DNA of 59,643 bases, counting the filler. It is 3 parts of 3 records of this genome, joined end to end, with 100 filler letters (N's around TTAATTAATTAA, not from the genome) between each part and the next. Parts side by side here need not be neighbours in the genome. Positions count along the whole stretch, not along the records: positions 28,035 to 40,337 come from SRR31156797_14937; 2 more parts are not named here. The stretch is one strand, 5' to 3'. The notes beneath the pieces are model-generated. The model was not told the origin of the DNA and did no database searches. It saw only the letters and a list, made by a program, of their open reading frames with translations. Shown here piece by piece: positions 28,725-39,359 of this stretch. The position numbers and the translations under genes were made by a program. Each line of letters starts with the position of its first letter. Within the stretch, counting starts at the first letter, position 1.

Positions 28725-28977
28725 TTATCTTTTTATCCTCTTTTTCTATTTTTTCTATTTTCTCAATTTTAATAAAATTTTTATTATCTTTTGTTTTCTT
28801 TTGTTTGTTTAGGTTATTACTTAAGCCAAAACTATTAGAAAACCCTTTGCTATATCCTAATGAGTCAGTATTCCCTCCATGCATATCAATCTTTCCTTTT
28901 TGGTTTTCATATCCAAAGCAAAAAGTTGTTGTAAATAGCATTACAAAAATAGCAAAAATATAATTAAATTTTTTCAT
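28717..28977 (-). CDS. Small exported hypothetical protein
   Basis: Signal-peptide-like N-terminus, KIDMHGG motif, overlaps both neighbours in the operon. Confidence 0.65.
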   Translation of the reverse strand: MKKFNYIFAIFVMLFTTTFCFGYENQKGKIDMHGGNTDSLGYSKGFSNSFGLSNNLNKQKKTKDNKNFIKIEKIEKIEKEDKKINE

Positions 28978-29221
28978 TGTTTTTTGTTCCTCTTAGATTT
29001 TTGTACATTCCATAAAGTGTAATTGTTATCCAAAAAACTTCAATAACAAAAGAACCTAAATTGAAATGCACACATAATGAAATAAGAAGTAATATTGCAC
29101 CAATTAGGTTTAATACCTGATAAGTCCAAGAAGTTATTTTCTTCTTTTCAGTTTGTAACAAAAAGTAAGCTGTTACTACAAAAATCATACCTAAAAAGCC
29201 TATAATTTGAAATATATCCAT
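28964..29221 (-). CDS. Small three-TM membrane protein (CBU_0592-like)
   Basis: IGFLG..AYFLLQ..YQVLNLIGA..FN..IEVFW pattern; GAGGA SD upstream. Confidence 0.75.
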   Translation of the reverse strand: MDIFQIIGFLGMIFVVTAYFLLQTEKKKITSWTYQVLNLIGAILLLISLCVHFNLGSFVIEVFWITITLYGMYKNLRGTKNNEKI

Positions 29222-29284
29222 ATTTTCCTCTTAACTTAAGTCTAAATTTGCTATTTTACGGTAAATTTATTATAAAGATATTAA

Positions 29285-30001
29285 ATGAATGATGAAATTA
29301 TTTTAGGTGCAATTACTTTTTTTACTTCAACAATAACAGCAATAATGGGGCTTGGTGGAGGAATGATTTTAATTGCTATTTTACCATCATTCTTACCTGT
29401 AAATGCACTTATCCCTGTTCATGGATTGACACAGCTTTCAAGCAATTTAAGTCGAGCATATTTTGGATACAAAGATATAAAGTTTGAGGTAATACCAAAA
29501 TTTTTACTTGGTTCTTTTTTAGGAATTTCTGTATTTGCTACAATTTTGTACTTTGTTTCATTGGATTATGTTCCTTTTTTCATAGGAAGTTATATTTTGT
29601 TGTCTTTATGGAGTAAAACCTTTAATGAAAAGATTAAAAAATATGAAAGTTATATTTTGATTGGTTTTTTTCAAACTGGTTTATCAATAGTTGTAGGTGC
29701 AACGGGTCCTATGACAACAACTTTATTGCTAAAAGATTATAAAGATAGAGATATTGTAGTTGCTACAAGCGCAGCACTAATGTCTATAACTCACACTTTA
29801 AAAGTTATAACATTTATGTTTTTAGGATTTGTGTTTTTTGATTATCTTGGTATTTTGATTGCTATGATTATTGGAACAACTATAGGTAGTTTTGCCGGAA
29901 CAAAAATAAGAGCAAAGATTGATGGAAAAAAATTTTTAACTTATCTTAAAATCTTTTTATCTCTCCTTGCAATTAAAGCGATTGTTTCTGTATTTATTTA
30001 A
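29285..30001 (+). CDS. Sulfite exporter TauE/SafE family protein
   Basis: GLGGG N-terminal motif, GATGP internal motif, hydrophobic throughout. Confidence 0.85.
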   Translation: MNDEIILGAITFFTSTITAIMGLGGGMILIAILPSFLPVNALIPVHGLTQLSSNLSRAYFGYKDIKFEVIPKFLLGSFLGISVFATILYFVSLDYVPFFIGSYILLSLWSKTFNEKIKKYESYILIGFFQTGLSIVVGATGPMTTTLLLKDYKDRDIVVATSAALMSITHTLKVITFMFLGFVFFDYLGILIAMIIGTTIGSFAGTKIRAKIDGKKFLTYLKIFLSLLAIKAIVSVFI

Positions 30002-30911
30002 TAAAATAATGTAACACTACAACAATAGTAGCAATAGAGAAGAGAGTCTCTACTGTTATTATTGAAGACATTAGGTTTACATCACCTTTTAGTTGTCTTG
30101 CTAATACAAATGATGATGGTGCTGTTGGTAAAACAGCAAAAACAATTAAAATAGATAATACAAAATGATTAAGTCCAAGTAGAGTTCCAATTATATACAT
30201 TATTATAGGAGTAAGTATAAATTTTGCGATATTTGTAACAAGTATCTCTTTTTTTGATGAATTTATCTCTCTTATAACTAAACCAAACCCTACAGACAAA
30301 AGCCCCATAGGAAGTGCTGCCGCACTAATAATTGCTAATATTTTATTTGCTACAAGGGGAACTTCAAAACCTATAAAGTTTATTCCTCCACCTATGAAAC
30401 AAGCAATTATAAGTGGGTTTGTAACTATTGATTTTAGAAGATAAAAAAAGTTAAGTTTCTTTTCACTTATATATAAAGCAAAAGTTGAGATACAAAGTAT
30501 ATTTATATATGGAATAACAAAAGTAAGTAAAATTGCAGCATATACAATTCCACTATCACCTAAGATTGAATCAATCAAAGCTAAAAATACATAAGTATTA
30601 AATCTAATTCCTCCTTGAACCATAGATGTAAAGGCATCGGCTTTAAAAGAAGAAATTTTCATCCAAAAAAGCATAATAACCCAAACAATAGATATTGTGA
30701 TTAAAGCTGTTAAAACATAAAAAACACTATCATCTGAATTTAAACTTGCATTTGAAAGTTTGTATATTAAAAGTGATGGCATTAAAATATAATATGTTAA
30801 TTTATCAGCTTGTGGCCAAAACTCATAAGAGGGAAATTTTATTCTTTTAAAAAAATATCCAATCATAATAAGGGAAAAAATAGGTATAAGTGCTGTAAAA
30901 ATGTGTATCAT
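29994..30911 (-). CDS. AEC (auxin efflux carrier) family transporter
   Basis: LIPIF..IGY, PSLL, RFNTY, NPLIIA and PTA motifs. Confidence 0.88.
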   Translation of the reverse strand: MIHIFTALIPIFSLIMIGYFFKRIKFPSYEFWPQADKLTYYILMPSLLIYKLSNASLNSDDSVFYVLTALITISIVWVIMLFWMKISSFKADAFTSMVQGGIRFNTYVFLALIDSILGDSGIVYAAILLTFVIPYINILCISTFALYISEKKLNFFYLLKSIVTNPLIIACFIGGGINFIGFEVPLVANKILAIISAAALPMGLLSVGFGLVIREINSSKKEILVTNIAKFILTPIIMYIIGTLLGLNHFVLSILIVFAVLPTAPSSFVLARQLKGDVNLMSSIITVETLFSIATIVVVLHYFIK

Positions 30912-31015
30912 TTAATCTTCTTTTAACTTGACTTTTTATTTTATTTCACTAAAATAAATGAAACAATTGTGAAACTTTTTTAATTGTAGGTTAAATATAT
31001 ATAGGAAAAGCTTAA

Positions 31016-33634
31016 ATGATATTAAAAAAAAAGAAAAAATATAATCTCAACGATATACAGAAGCTTTTTTCCCAAATTCCCATAGCTTTTATAATTTTTT
31101 TAGCGCTACTGCTTTGCATTATTGCATATTTGATACTAGACTCAAAACAAAGAAGAGAGATAGATTTATTAAAACAAAAATCAACACTAAACTATACTTT
31201 TGAAAAAAAAGAGGAGTTAAATAACTTTAAAGCCTATGTAAAAAAAAGTTTAGATAGTGATTTTCTAAAAGAGGAAGAGCTTTTAAAAAAAGTAAATTTT
31301 CAAGCAAAAGGTTTTATCGAATCAAATAAACTTCAAGACATTAAAGAGTTAAAAAAGTATTTTAGAGCAATTGAAAAAGTTGAAAAAATCAAAATTGTAT
31401 TATATAAAAAAGATTCAATTGATATTTTATATGGAGACTCTTCTATAAGGTATTTAGAGAGTTTGATTTTTAACAGTCACGAAGATAAATATCGAGATAT
31501 GACTTTAAAATATATATATTCTCAAGGTAGTCAAAATCTTCAATACTGGAGTGACGATGTTGATAGAACAGTTAGACTTACATTTTTTGATAAGGCTTAT
31601 ATTAACAATGAGATATATCTAGTTGGAACATTTTCTACTATTAACTCTATAAATGACACAGTAAAAAAAGTGATAGTAAATTCAATAAAAAAAGAAAATT
31701 TCAAAGTTTGGTTTTATGATGTAATCTCAAATGTAACTTTTAATTTCAACAATAAAAAAGAGTTTAGTCAAGCAAAAGTGTTATTAAAAGATAAAGATAG
31801 TATGAATATTTATGATTATCAAGTTCTTGATTACTATATACGAGAGTTTGATTTTAATGAAGAGTATGAAAACTACACATATTATTATGATAAATACAAT
31901 TTTTTGGTTGTTGCATTTTATGACGAAAAGGTTATAGAAAATAGAATAAAAGATAGAATTAATATAATCCAAAAAGAGTATAGAAATATCTTGGCTCAAA
32001 TATTTATCTATATTCTAGTTATCACAACTCTTCTTATTTTACTAACATATCTTTTTACAAATTTTATAAAAACAATATTTACAGAATATAATGAAGAGTT
32101 AGAGAATAAAACTATCTCATTGGAGCATTGGAAAAAAAGATTTGAACTTGCAATTATTGCATCAAATGATGGTTTATGGGATATTGATTTTAAAACACAA
32201 AATATTTATTTCTCAGAAAAGTGGCTTGATATGTTTGGTTATGACAGAGAAGAACTTACAACTTTTAATGATTGGTTTAATCTAATACATAGTGAAGATA
32301 AAACAAAAGTGGAAAATCTTTTTAGTCAAATATTGGCAAATGCAAGTGATACTTTTATTTGTGAGTACAGATTAAGAACAAAAAATGACGGTTTTAAATG
32401 GGTTTTAGCAAGAGGGAAATCATTTTTAGATGATGATGGTAATTTAAACAGAATGCTTATGATGTCAATGGATATTGATAAAAACAAAAGGATGAAAAAA
32501 GAGTTACTTGATGTTGAGTTACTAGTTGAAGATGGAAAAATTGTAATCTTTAAATTGGTTAACAATAAAGACTTATCTGTCAAATATATCTCAAACAGTA
32601 TTAAAAACTTTGGTTTTATTAAAAAAGATTTTGAAGATGGAAGTATAAACTTTATGGATATTGTTCATAAAGAAGATATAAATAAAGTCCAAGTTGCTAT
32701 AAATGCCGCTTTAAAAAATGATTTGGAGAGTTTTACTTTTATTGCAAGAGTTATAAATGCAGCTAACAACATTAGATGGATAGAAAGTAGGGTAATTCTT
32801 ATAAAAAACCATACGGGTCAAGTAAGCCACTTGTATGGATATATAAACGATATTACAAAAATAAAAGATAGCGAAGAGGATTTAAAAGTAAAAGTTAAAG
32901 AAGAGGTTGATAAAAATAGGGAAAAAGATAGAATTCTTATTCAGCAAAGTAAACTTGCAGCTATGGGTGAGATGTTGGGAAATATTGCTCACCAGTGGAG
33001 ACAACCTTTAAACAATATTGCATTAATTTTACAGTTTTTAAGAGATAACTACAAAAATAGTGCAATGTCTGAAGAAAAGATTGATAAGTATTTAGAGAAA
33101 GCTTACAAACATATGGAATATATGAGTGATACTATTGATGATTTTAAAAACTTTTACAAACCCTCTAAAACACAAAATGAATTCTCTTTAAAGGAGTCTG
33201 TTGATTCTTTGCTTTATATGATTAGAAATCAGTTTGAAAGTGAAAATATTAGTATAGAGTTTATAGGAGAAGATGTTAATATCACGAACTATGAAAATGA
33301 GTTAAAACAAGCTCTACTTAATATTTTTAATAACGCAAAAGATGCAATTGTTTCAAGAAAAGAAAAAGAAGAATTTTCTGCATCGATAAAAATAAAACTA
33401 GAAAAAATTGAAAATGTTGTAAAAATATATATTAGTAACAATGGTGGAAATATAAAACAAGAAATTATTGATAGAATTTTTGAACCATATTTTACTACTA
33501 AGTTTGAAACTCAAGGGACAGGAATAGGTCTATATATGACGAAATCAATTATAGAAACAAATATGAAAGGAAAAATTGAAGTTAGAAACTTTGAAGATTG
33601 TGCAGAGTTTATTATAACTTTAAATTTAAAATAG
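31016..33634 (+). CDS. Membrane sensor histidine kinase with periplasmic domain and two PAS domains
   Basis: Two TM helices; ASNDGLWD PAS; H-box AMGEMLGNIAHQWRQP; FEPYFTTK..GTGIGLY. Confidence 0.92.
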   Translation: MILKKKKKYNLNDIQKLFSQIPIAFIIFLALLLCIIAYLILDSKQRREIDLLKQKSTLNYTFEKKEELNNFKAYVKKSLDSDFLKEEELLKKVNFQAKGFIESNKLQDIKELKKYFRAIEKVEKIKIVLYKKDSIDILYGDSSIRYLESLIFNSHEDKYRDMTLKYIYSQGSQNLQYWSDDVDRTVRLTFFDKAYINNEIYLVGTFSTINSINDTVKKVIVNSIKKENFKVWFYDVISNVTFNFNNKKEFSQAKVLLKDKDSMNIYDYQVLDYYIREFDFNEEYENYTYYYDKYNFLVVAFYDEKVIENRIKDRINIIQKEYRNILAQIFIYILVITTLLILLTYLFTNFIKTIFTEYNEELENKTISLEHWKKRFELAIIASNDGLWDIDFKTQNIYFSEKWLDMFGYDREELTTFNDWFNLIHSEDKTKVENLFSQILANASDTFICEYRLRTKNDGFKWVLARGKSFLDDDGNLNRMLMMSMDIDKNKRMKKELLDVELLVEDGKIVIFKLVNNKDLSVKYISNSIKNFGFIKKDFEDGSINFMDIVHKEDINKVQVAINAALKNDLESFTFIARVINAANNIRWIESRVILIKNHTGQVSHLYGYINDITKIKDSEEDLKVKVKEEVDKNREKDRILIQQSKLAAMGEMLGNIAHQWRQPLNNIALILQFLRDNYKNSAMSEEKIDKYLEKAYKHMEYMSDTIDDFKNFYKPSKTQNEFSLKESVDSLLYMIRNQFESENISIEFIGEDVNITNYENELKQALLNIFNNAKDAIVSRKEKEEFSASIKIKLEKIENVVKIYISNNGGNIKQEIIDRIFEPYFTTKFETQGTGIGLYMTKSIIETNMKGKIEVRNFEDCAEFIITLNLK

Positions 33635-33642
33635 GGGAAACT

Positions 33643-34350
33643 ATGTCAGATATTATTACAAGAGTCTTACTTGTTGAAGATGAAGAGGATGCAAGGGAAA
33701 TACTTAGTTTTTATTTGGATACAGTATTTGATGAGGTTGAAATAGCTTGTGATGGGAAAGAGGGAGTTGAAGTTTATAAAAAAGCTCATGATAAAAATAA
33801 ATGTTTTGATTTAGTTTTAACAGATATAAAAATGCCAAATAAAGATGGACTAACAATGATTGATGATATTTGTAAAGTTGAAGAAAATCAAAAGTTTATT
33901 ATTGTATCTGCTCACAAAGATGAAGAATATCTCTTCAAATCAATAAATTTAAATGTAATTTCGTATTTTGTTAAACCTTTAGAGGTAAAAAATATAATGG
34001 AACTTTTAAAGAAAGTTAAATCAAAAGTGTTAGAAGATAAAGCAAAATATAGTGTAAATGAAGAAGAGATTATAAATTTAAATGACACTTATACTTATAA
34101 TAGAAAAACAAACCTTTTATATAAAGGTGAAGAGTTAATAAGTTTATCAAAAAAAGAGACATTACTTTTAAAGGCATTGGTAAAAGATATAAACTTGATA
34201 AAAAGCAAAGAATATCTTAAAAAAGAGGTATGGAATGATAAAAATACTTCAGATGCAACTATGAGAACTGTAATAAAAAGAGTTAAGGATAAGGTAGCAG
34301 ATGATGACTTTATTGTTTCAAAAAAAGGATTAGGTTATATTATTGAATAA
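33643..34350 (+). CDS. OmpR-type response regulator
   Basis: LLVEDE, TDIKMP, KP; winged helix ending GLGY; start at ATG 33643 after AGGGG. Confidence 0.92.
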   Translation: MSDIITRVLLVEDEEDAREILSFYLDTVFDEVEIACDGKEGVEVYKKAHDKNKCFDLVLTDIKMPNKDGLTMIDDICKVEENQKFIIVSAHKDEEYLFKSINLNVISYFVKPLEVKNIMELLKKVKSKVLEDKAKYSVNEEEIINLNDTYTYNRKTNLLYKGEELISLSKKETLLLKALVKDINLIKSKEYLKKEVWNDKNTSDATMRTVIKRVKDKVADDDFIVSKKGLGYIIE

Positions 34351-34395
34351 TCAGTCATACCTTTAAATCTACTCTCTTAAACAAATTTCCAAATT

Positions 34396-34462
34396 TAAAA
34401 CAATTTTGAAACAATTCTGTTTCAAAATATGTTATACTTTCACTGTGACATAAATTTGACAT
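34396..34462 (+). promoter_or_regulatory. Promoter and operator region of the TRAP operon
   Basis: AAACAATT direct repeat (11-bp period), TTTTGAAACA/TGTTTCAAAA inverted repeat, extended -10 TGtTATACT (34430-34438), TGACAT-N5-TGACAT. Confidence 0.55.
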
Positions 34463-34504
34463 ATATATAGTCAAAATTTACTTCAATTAAAAAAGGAGAT
34501 TTGT

Positions 34505-35515
34505 ATGAAATTGGCAATTTTTAGAAAGTTTGCAATTTGTTCTGTTTTAGCTGCTTCACTTGTTTCAACAGCAAGTGCAAAAGAGGATAAATATGTAATA
34601 GCAACTGCAAGTACAGGTGGAACTTATTATCCAGTAGGTGTTGGTATTGCAACAATTGCTTCACTTAAATTAGCAAAAACTAATGGGCTTACTTTTTCTG
34701 CTATTACAAGTGCAGGAAGTAACGAAAATATCGATATGTTAGATAAAGGCGAAGTTAACTTCGCTATTTTACAAGGTCTTTTTGGTTCTATGGCTTGGCA
34801 AGGGAAAGCTAAGTATGAGGGAAGTCCTAAAAAGAATTTAAGATCGATTTCAATGTTATGGCAAAATGTTGAGCAATTTACTATTAAAAATGAATTTGCA
34901 AAAACTGGAAATATTAAAGATTTAAAAAATCTTTATGGGGAAAGATTTTCAATCGGGGGAAGAAGCTCAGGTTCAAGAGTATCTTCTGAAACAATCTTAA
35001 GTTCTTTAGGAATTGATTATAACAAAATGGATCTACAATACTTAGGTTATAGTCCAAGTTCAACTGCACTTCAAGATGGAAAAGTTATGGGTATGAGTAC
35101 TCCTTCAGGACCTCCAACATCAGCTGTAACTAATGCATTTGCTTCAATAGGAAATGATGATATTAAAGTTTTAGATTTTTCAAAAGAGGACTTAGCTGCA
35201 ATTAATGCTAACTACCCAGTATGGACACCATTTAATATTAAAGCGGGAACATATCCTGGTCAAACTGTTGATATCAACACAATTGCACAACCAAACCTTT
35301 TAGTTGTAAGTGCAGATACTCCAGAAGAGACAGTATATCTTTTAACTAAAACTATTTATGAAAACTTACCATTCTTAAATACTGTACACAAAGCTACAAA
35401 AGCTATGTCTTTACAAAAAGCTATTGATGGTCTTCCAATGCCTTTACACCCAGGTGCTGCTAGATACTATAAAGAGCAAGGTATTAATATACCTGCTGCA
35501 TTAATCGCTAACTAA
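34505..35515 (+). CDS. TAXI-family TRAP transporter solute-binding protein
   Basis: IATASTGGTYYPVG, SAGSNENI, IKAGTYPG and PLHPGAARYY motifs; signal peptide. Confidence 0.95.
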   Translation: MKLAIFRKFAICSVLAASLVSTASAKEDKYVIATASTGGTYYPVGVGIATIASLKLAKTNGLTFSAITSAGSNENIDMLDKGEVNFAILQGLFGSMAWQGKAKYEGSPKKNLRSISMLWQNVEQFTIKNEFAKTGNIKDLKNLYGERFSIGGRSSGSRVSSETILSSLGIDYNKMDLQYLGYSPSSTALQDGKVMGMSTPSGPPTSAVTNAFASIGNDDIKVLDFSKEDLAAINANYPVWTPFNIKAGTYPGQTVDINTIAQPNLLVVSADTPEETVYLLTKTIYENLPFLNTVHKATKAMSLQKAIDGLPMPLHPGAARYYKEQGINIPAALIAN

Positions 35516-35518
35516 CAA

Positions 35519-35548
35519 ATAAAGAAAAGGGTTCTCTCTTTTCTTTAT
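35519..35548 (+). terminator. Intercistronic hairpin after the binding-protein gene
   Basis: ATAAAGAAAAGGG / CTCTTTTCTTTAT stem. Confidence 0.55.
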
Positions 35549-35570
35549 ATTCTATAAATAAGGATTAACA

Positions 35571-37520
35571 ATGATAGAAATAAAATATTTTAAAGAATTA
35601 ACTTTTATTTATGCAATATTCATTTCTCTATTTCATTTTGTAATAAATATTTGGGGAGGTATTAGTGATTTATGGTTCAATTCTGCGCACTTTGCACTTT
35701 TAGCTTCTTTAGGGTTTTTAACTTATGAGGCAAAAGATGGTGAAAATAAAGTTTCAATTATAAACATACTTTTTGCTGTACTTTCTTTAGTAACATTTAT
35801 CTATATGGTGTTTTTTGAAGAGAGTTTATATGCCGAAGCTAATGGACAAATGAGAACAAGTGATGTTATTGTTGTTTGTATGACTATTGTTTTAGCTATT
35901 GAGATGGTTAGAAAAACTACAGGTTATATTATTCCTGTAATCATCACTTTATGTATTGCATATATTCTTTTCTTAGGTCAACAGTTTGAAGGTGTATTTG
36001 CTTTTGCTGGTATGAGTGTAGATAGATTTCTTTATAGAATGTATTATACAAGTGAAGGATTGTTTGGTCCAATTGCAACCATATCTTCTACTTATGTATT
36101 TATGTTTATTCTTTTTGCTGCATTTTTATTAAAATCTGGAGCAGGGGATTTCATAGTTGATGTTTCAAGTGCAGTTGCTGGTAAATATACTGGAGGAACT
36201 GGTCATGTTGCAGTATTTTCATCTGCTTTAATGGGAACAATCTCAGGAAGTGCAGTTGCAAATACTGTTTCTACTGGTTCTATAACAATTCCAATGATGA
36301 AAAAAGCAGGCTTTAAAGGTACATTTGCAGCAGCAGTTGAAGCAGCAGCAAGTACAGGTGGACAAATAATGCCTCCAATTATGGGTGCTGGAGCATTTAT
36401 TATGGCACAAATTACTCATATCCCTTTTATTACAATTATCTCTGTTTCGATTTTACCTGCAATTTTATATTTTGCATCTATTGCTTTTTATATAAATATA
36501 CACGCAAAAGAAAATAATATAAAAGGTCAAGAGAACGATATTAAAATCTTACCTATTTTAAGAGAAGGTTTCCATTTTATTATTCCTTTATCAACTTTAG
36601 TTGGATTACTAATTTATGGTTTCTCTCCAACTTATTCAGCTGGAATTGCAATTATTACTATTGTTTTAGCTTCTTATTTAACAAAAAATAAAAGAATGGG
36701 AATAAAAGAGATTTTAGGTGCTTTAGCTTTAGGTAGCCAAAATATGATAGTAACAGGTGTTTTACTTATTGCCGTTGGTATTATCGTTGGAGTTATTAAC
36801 ATCTCAGGTATTGGAGTTACATTTTCTCAGTTAATTATGGAATGGTCAAATAACTCACTATTGATTGCAATTATCCTAGTTGCACTTGCATCATTAATTT
36901 TAGGTATGGGACTTCCTGTAACTGCTTCATATGTTGTATTATCAGTTTTAAGTGCACCAGCACTTGTAGGTTTAATGTTAAGCCCAGAGATGGCAGCACT
37001 TGTAAATGCAGGTATTCAAATCCCTGAAGTTACAATGTATCTATTATCAGCTCACTTGATAATCTTCTGGTTATCTCAAGATTCAAACTTAACTCCACCA
37101 GTTTGTCTTGCAGCATTTGCAGCAGCAGCTATAGCAAAAACTCCTCCAATGCAGACTGGACTTGTATCTTGGAAAGTTGGAAAAGGGATGTATATTATTC
37201 CACTTCTCTTTGCTTTTACTCCATTAGTAAGTGGAGATTGGATTGAAAGAATTGAAATTTTTGTTTTTGCATTCTTTGGTATTATGTCTTTTTCAATTGT
37301 AATTGAAGGGTTTTGGGATAAAAGACTTCTGTTGTTAGAAAGACTAGCTTTTGCCTTAGCAGCAGTTTTATTATTGACTCCAGATTCAGTCTATAATATG
37401 GAGAGTTTCTTCCCTGTAGTAAGTAATACTCACCTTGCAGGATTTGGAATATTTGTATTTTCTATGGTTATGCATAAAATGTTATTTAAAGAGGAGAGAA
37501 GCTTTGCAAAAACTAATTGA
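35571..37520 (+). CDS. TRAP transporter fused permease (DctQM, TAXI type)
   Basis: GTISGSAVAN, ASTGGQIMPPIMGAGAF, GMGLP and TPPVCLAAF motifs. Confidence 0.95.
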   Translation: MIEIKYFKELTFIYAIFISLFHFVINIWGGISDLWFNSAHFALLASLGFLTYEAKDGENKVSIINILFAVLSLVTFIYMVFFEESLYAEANGQMRTSDVIVVCMTIVLAIEMVRKTTGYIIPVIITLCIAYILFLGQQFEGVFAFAGMSVDRFLYRMYYTSEGLFGPIATISSTYVFMFILFAAFLLKSGAGDFIVDVSSAVAGKYTGGTGHVAVFSSALMGTISGSAVANTVSTGSITIPMMKKAGFKGTFAAAVEAAASTGGQIMPPIMGAGAFIMAQITHIPFITIISVSILPAILYFASIAFYINIHAKENNIKGQENDIKILPILREGFHFIIPLSTLVGLLIYGFSPTYSAGIAIITIVLASYLTKNKRMGIKEILGALALGSQNMIVTGVLLIAVGIIVGVINISGIGVTFSQLIMEWSNNSLLIAIILVALASLILGMGLPVTASYVVLSVLSAPALVGLMLSPEMAALVNAGIQIPEVTMYLLSAHLIIFWLSQDSNLTPPVCLAAFAAAAIAKTPPMQTGLVSWKVGKGMYIIPLLFAFTPLVSGDWIERIEIFVFAFFGIMSFSIVIEGFWDKRLLLLERLAFALAAVLLLTPDSVYNMESFFPVVSNTHLAGFGIFVFSMVMHKMLFKEERSFAKTN

Positions 37521-38100
37521 AACATTAAAAGGGTGTGGTTATGACCCACACTTTGTAAAAACAAAACAAGAGGCTTTTGAACTTGCAAAGAGTTTTATAG
37601 AACCAAATATGAGTATAGGTTTTGGAGGTTCTGTAAGTGTAGTTGAGATTGGTCTTTTAGATTATTTAACTTCAAGAGATGATTTAGTGTTATTTAACCA
37701 ATACGAAAAAGGTATCACTATGGAAGAAAATAGTGAAAGAAGAAGACAAGGCTTGTTAGCTGATGTTTTTGTAACAGGAATGAATGCTTTAACAAAAGAT
37801 GGTAAAATAGTAAACTTTGATGGAAGTGGAAACAGAGTTGCTGCTTTTTGTTATGGACCTAAAAAAATCATATCAATTGTTGGTAAAAATAAAATTGTTG
37901 AAAATCTAGATGAAGCTTTTAAAAGAGTGATGGATGTTGCAGCAGTTAAAAATATTGATAGGATGAATAGTAAAGCAATAGAGATGGGAAAAACTCCACG
38001 ACACAACCTTGATAATATTGCAAACAAATTTACTTGGATAAAAGCAGATGAAAAAAATAGAATTACCTTAATTTTAGTAGATGAGGAGTTAGGGTATTAA
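37504..38100 (+). CDS. LUD-domain (lactate utilisation C-like) protein
   Basis: GGSVS, ADVFVTGMNALTKDG..NFDGSGNRVAA..GPKK..VGKNKIV, EELGY; start moved to TTG 37504 after GAGGAG. Confidence 0.85.
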   Translation: MQKLIETLKGCGYDPHFVKTKQEAFELAKSFIEPNMSIGFGGSVSVVEIGLLDYLTSRDDLVLFNQYEKGITMEENSERRRQGLLADVFVTGMNALTKDGKIVNFDGSGNRVAAFCYGPKKIISIVGKNKIVENLDEAFKRVMDVAAVKNIDRMNSKAIEMGKTPRHNLDNIANKFTWIKADEKNRITLILVDEELGY

Positions 38101-38113
38101 GAAGGACTTGAAG

Positions 38114-39313
38114 ATGTATGATTATTTAATTATAGGTGCGGGAATTATTGGACTTAATATTGCCAAAAATCTAAAAGAGAGATTTCCAAAAAGTAAAATT
38201 TTGATTTTAGAAAAAGAAGATGATGTTGCACAACATAGTAGTGGAAGAAATTCAGGTGTTTTGCATGCTGGTTTTTATTATACGGCTGATTCTTTAAAAG
38301 CAAAATTTACAAAAGAGGGTAATGCGGCTTTAAAAGAGTTTGTAAAACAAAGAGGCTTAAAGATAAATGAGTGTCAAAAAGTTGTTGTAGCAGTTGATGA
38401 AAGCGAATTAGCTGGTTTAGAAGAACTTAAAAAAAGAGGAGAAGTAAATGGAGTTGAACTTCATTGGTTAGATGAAGAACAATTAGCTAAACTTTACCCA
38501 AATGTAAAAACATACAAAAAAGCTTTATTGTGTCCAAGTACTGCAACTGTAAATCCAAGTGAAGTTACAAAAGAGTTTTCAAAAGTTGTTCAAGAATTAG
38601 GTGTTGAACTAAAACTATCTTGTAAATATATCTCTTCTCAAAACTCAGTTGTGATGACTAATAAAGGTAAATTCTCTGCAAAGAAGATAATTAACTGTGC
38701 AGGTTTATATGCTGATAAAATTGCAAAGGATTTTGGTTTTTCAAAGGATTTTGTAATCATACCTTTTAAAGGAGTTTATTTAAAAGATAAACATAACCTT
38801 TCACATCTTGAAACAAATGTATATCCAGTACCAAATCTTGCAAATCCATTTTTAGGGGTTCATTATACTTTAACAGTTGATAATGAAAGTAAAATTGGTC
38901 CAACTGCGATACCTGCTTTTTGGAGAGAAAACTATAAAGGTTTTGATAACTTTTCATTAAAAGAGTTTTTTGAAGTGGCATATTATGAAATGAAACTTTT
39001 TATAACTGATGCTTTTTCTTTTAGAAACTTAGCATTTAGTGAGATAAAAAAATACAACTTCAAATATTTTAAAAACCTTGCGATGAAACTCACAAAAAAT
39101 ATGAATCACAATGGTTTTGATTCTTGGAGTACACCTGGAATAAGAGCTCAACTTCTAAATAAAAATACTTTAGAATTAGTTCAAGATTTTGTAGTTGAAT
39201 CTGACGAAAACTCAATACATGTATTAAATGCAGTTAGTCCTGCATTTACCTCTTCAATACCATTTGCAAATTGGGTTGTAGAAGAACATATACTAAAATC
39301 CACTTCAAAGTAA
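38114..39313 (+). CDS. lhgO: L-2-hydroxyglutarate oxidase-family FAD oxidoreductase
   Basis: IIGAGIIG, HSSGRNSGVLHAG, NCAGLYAD, YPVP..PFLGVH, GIRAQ and NAVSPAFTSS motifs; start at ATG 38114 by SD spacing. Confidence 0.85.
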   Translation: MYDYLIIGAGIIGLNIAKNLKERFPKSKILILEKEDDVAQHSSGRNSGVLHAGFYYTADSLKAKFTKEGNAALKEFVKQRGLKINECQKVVVAVDESELAGLEELKKRGEVNGVELHWLDEEQLAKLYPNVKTYKKALLCPSTATVNPSEVTKEFSKVVQELGVELKLSCKYISSQNSVVMTNKGKFSAKKIINCAGLYADKIAKDFGFSKDFVIIPFKGVYLKDKHNLSHLETNVYPVPNLANPFLGVHYTLTVDNESKIGPTAIPAFWRENYKGFDNFSLKEFFEVAYYEMKLFITDAFSFRNLAFSEIKKYNFKYFKNLAMKLTKNMNHNGFDSWSTPGIRAQLLNKNTLELVQDFVVESDENSIHVLNAVSPAFTSSIPFANWVVEEHILKSTSK

Positions 39314-39359
39314 TATAAAGCTATGATTTCAAAAATTCAAAACTTGGAATCTTTATATT

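Noticed and set aside
28736-28775. TTTTTCTAT short repeat
   Set aside because: Encodes the low-complexity IEKIEKIEK tail; too short to suggest phase variation.
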